The position numbers and the translations under genes were made by a program. Shown here piece after piece: positions 60,561 to 64,000 of a stretch of 64,000 bases of DNA (position 1 is the stretch's first letter; the number at the start of each line of letters is the position of its first letter). Origin of the DNA: Callorhinchus milii (Eukaryota); the NCBI RefSeq assembly GCF_018977255.1, contig NW_024704744.1:57412001-57476000 (forward strand), in the 5' to 3' direction. The notes below the pieces were generated by a model. The model saw only the letters and a list, made by a program, of their open reading frames with translations, searched no databases and was not told where the DNA came from.

Positions 60561-63239
60561 GTTACATCTATATGGCACCTTTCACGTTGGGAGGATGTGC
60601 CAAAGTGTTTAACAAGAGCACAATTCCAGTACATTGTGCTATAGGAATCCAAATGGCATATGAAGAAGAATTTCATTCTTTTAATGTCCAAATGATCTGT
60701 CACTATCGCCAGAGGATAAAATATATCAATGCCAAATATTCAGGGGAATAATGCTTTCATTCTCTGAGCCTTGTATGTGCCAGATTTGTTACAATCTCTG
60801 GAATTCTTGCACAGTTAACTCTTGGTAAGATTATCCTACCGCACTATTACTATTAAAGTAGAATGTTTCTTTTTAAAAAGTACTATAAGCCTCAATTATG
60901 TGTGTTTTTCAATCATTTTAATTCTTAAACATTCATAAAGTTCTTTATTTTTAGTAAGAAAGTGTTCCAGCAAAGAGATCTGGTGATTCGGATCCACAAT
61001 GTTTAACAGTTATATTTCAAGTTATGTTTGTTTGGGATGTTTAGAATTGGCTTGGATTTTGTTTAGAACTTGAAGTGCTTCACCAAGTCATTCCTGGAAA
61101 CTGACCGGGGAGTGGGGGAGAAGTTAGGGAGGGAGGAAGAGAGAGGTGACGTAGGGAAAGTCAAAGAGGTAAGTTTTCTGAAGGTTTTTAAAGATGGATG
61201 GAGAGGTGGAGGATTTGGGAAAGACATTCCAGAGGGTAGGGGCATAGAAACTGAAGGCTTTTCTGCCAATGGTGTGGCAGAGGAGGTGAAGGATGCACAG
61301 CAGGTCTAAGGTGGCCGAGTGAAGGGGCAAACAGAAGAGTGAGGCTCACTGCAGCAGCATATGGAGGGTGTGGAAGGATTTGTATTGTTTTCCACTGCAA
61401 CTATAATCCACTTCAGGAGCATAAACAGATATAGCTTTTAATCAGATGATGAGTTGCACACAAGGATAATAGAGGAAACGTTTAGATTTTTAAAATTGAG
61501 GTTAGGGTTAGGGTGACTGTTCTAGGAAGCTTTCTACTGATTACCAAATCAAATTGGAAAAATTGATGCTTTTTGCTGTATTCCTCACAAAATGGCAACT
61601 GAAAGAAGAAACCATGTGGCCATTGATAAGACAGATTCAAGAACTTGTGGAGCAAAGGGATGTAATAGAGGAGGAAGAAAGGTCTGATCCTGACCAGCTG
61701 GCAAGAGGACATTTATAAATGTAGCTGACAGAATTATTTATCATATTTCTGCCTTGCTTACAAGAGATTGCAAACCTATTCAAATGGCACACTCTTTTAT
61801 TATGCCAGCACAAGCAAGTTTACTGTTTCACTAAACACTATTTCTACACAAAAATCAGAAAATATGTCAAATGTTCCTTCCCACACACATGCTCCTTGCA
61901 GCTGGTATGTAACCAGACCTAATAGTTCCTTACTGGATAGTAAATCACGATGGAAAGTCAGAGGAAGGAAGATACGAGCAGGTGTAAATGCAGGTGGTGT
62001 CAGTTCTGCAGGCACTACTTTAGCAGATGAGGGGTTATCTTTACCAGAAGTCACCAATGACTACTTTGTAGGTGATTGCAAGACATTTCTGGAATGCTTT
62101 GTGAACATACTGGTATACTGCTCCCCAAAGAGATATATTTCTGCCATTCTAGTCTAGGTGCTTGTACTCTGATAAAGCTGCAGTATGCTGCACCAAGACA
62201 TTACACCTACTCAGATCATGATTAATGTTGCATGAAAATTGTATATTTCCCAACTTAATCAGCTCCTAGGATCAATTAAGTGACTTCAATGTATTTTCAC
62301 ATCTTCGCTAACCTCTGTTAGTCATGTGTACCATTCGATGGAAAATGACATCCTTATTTTTTAACTCATGAAATACATCCATCTTTCTGTAGTCGTTCTG
62401 CATGTCATCATTTTACGAACAGGAGGAAAATCTCTTGAAGTTTGCGTTGTGTGCTACATTTGCAATTGAATTTCAGATCCAACAATTATTACTCTGCTCT
62501 ATTACCTCCCACACTTCTGAATTTCATCATCTGGTAATTATTTTGCCTTTGCACACAGAATAAAGAACAAATGACTATGAATGAATTTCAAGACAGTAAC
62601 ATTCCCACTTCTCTATTATATCATACTTAATTAATAATTTTCTATAAAAATATCAAATTTGTTAATAGAAATAATTCTGCCTATTTTAACATGAGTATTT
62701 CAATTTGTAGATTGCCAGTACATTTAATGCTTTCTGGTGAATAATCCTTTTATAGATGAGTTACAGACAACATTTCTTTAATTTGTAAATGACAAAAACC
62801 TTTTTGTAATATCAAACCTTTGCTTGATTTGATCACATAATTGAAAAAAACAATAATATGACCACATTATTGATGTCACTGGATAGCATTAGCAACACAA
62901 TAAAAACACTAAAGTCATTAACAGCATGGTAGAATTGTGCCATAAGATTTATGTTCATTTCTACTAATGGAGGCAACAAGACCAGGTAAATCCTTATAGG
63001 GGAAATTACTTCTAGCAACCACCAATAACTCAAATACTTCTATCTTTCCAATAACATTATTTAGAAGTTTCTCTATTCAAACATTCAAGTTAGGTAGCTG
63101 GTTGAAAGATTTGGGTTGAGATCGTACAGGAGATCTCCAAGTCTTATGACCAGGTTCCCTGTTTATTAGTGGTGTTGGGCCCAATTTTACTTGTTTCAGG
63201 ATCTTTGCCGAGCATTACTAGCACTACAAATAAAATACA

Positions 63240-63782
63240 AAATTACATTGTGAGGGAGGACATCCCAAGGCGCTAGACTATCAGGGATTTGGACCGAGCA
63301 TGGGGGTTGGGATTAGGTAGGGTAGGAGGGTGGCTGAAGGCACAGCTGAAGAGGAGGGTCTTGAGATGTGCCTTGAAGGAGGCAAGGGAGGGGGGGAAGC
63401 AAAGGGAATGTGGGTGGAGTTCCAAATGGTGGGGGCAGAGAGGCTGAAGGCCCGAAAAGCAATGGCGGGGCAGGCCGAGCAGGGGATGTGCCGCAAGCCG
63501 CAGCCTGATGAGTGGAGGAGCAGACAGTTTGATATGGGGTTAGCAGGTCACGGAGGTAGGAAGGAGCAAGGTCCTGGAGGGCCTTAAAGAATTTTGAACT
63601 CTATTCTCTGGGGGATGGGGAGCCAGTGGAGCCTGGCAAGGATAGGGGTGATAGGGTCATGGAGCCTGGTGCAGGAGAGGACACAAGCTGCAGAGTCCTG
63701 GATGATCTGCAGCTTGTGGAGGGAATAGTTAGGAAGGCCGATAAGCAGGGAGTTGGCTAAGTTGAGCCTAGATGTGAACAAC
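63240..63782 (-). mobile_element. L2-clade LINE 3' fragment
   Basis: TSRLNLANSLLIGLP, LHWLPIPQRIEFKIL and the family tail. Confidence 0.88.
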
Positions 63783-64000
63783 ACATCCTTATATCCTTAG
63801 ATGCTAATTTTCCCAAATACCCAGGAGCACATATTGTCATACTGCAGTGAAGCAAAGTAGATCTGTGCAGTTGTGAAACATCTGTGGACAGGCATGGTAA
63901 TTTATTTAATGATTATTTAATAATAGTGTACGTCACATTCTCCTTAATGAAACACGGCATCCTAGGAGTATATTTTTTAATAATCCTTAATAATTTGATA

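Noticed and set aside
49950-64000. Exons of GTF2H5 or SERAC1, the upstream neighbours of TULP4 in mammals
   Set aside because: No matching peptides found; they presumably lie beyond the window
1-64000. CRISPR arrays, operons or prokaryotic defence systems
   Set aside because: The sequence is a spliced vertebrate locus with no regularly spaced repeat-spacer array

Overview
Eukaryotic (vertebrate) genomic DNA, most likely a cartilaginous fish and plausibly a chimaera; this is inferred from the repeat content and compact introns. The window holds the complete coding region of TULP4 on the minus strand. I traced 14 coding exons (48063 to 107), all GT-AG with consistent phases, totalling 4632 nt (1543 aa). 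A CpG-island 5' region and promoter lies at about 47.6-49.95 kb. Introns and the upstream 14 kb are filled with L2-clade and CR1 LINE fragments, a young tRNA-derived SINE that shares the L2 3' tail, older Deu-type SINEs and several solo-LTR-like elements. Most ORF-track entries outside TULP4 are repeat-derived or spurious. Best second-look items: an unidentified, possibly coding repeat family (4 copies, one next to a PPT and LTR); a Penelope-like palindrome with a decayed hammerhead core; a possible circRNA architecture around the ATG exon; a reconstituted CAG|GTAAGT donor at the exon 2/3 junction; a predicted 678-aa exon-13-skip isoform; and a candidate divergent spliced transcript. Nothing here is a demonstrably new biological system. 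Repeat coordinates are approximate, while exon coordinates were counted by hand to the base.
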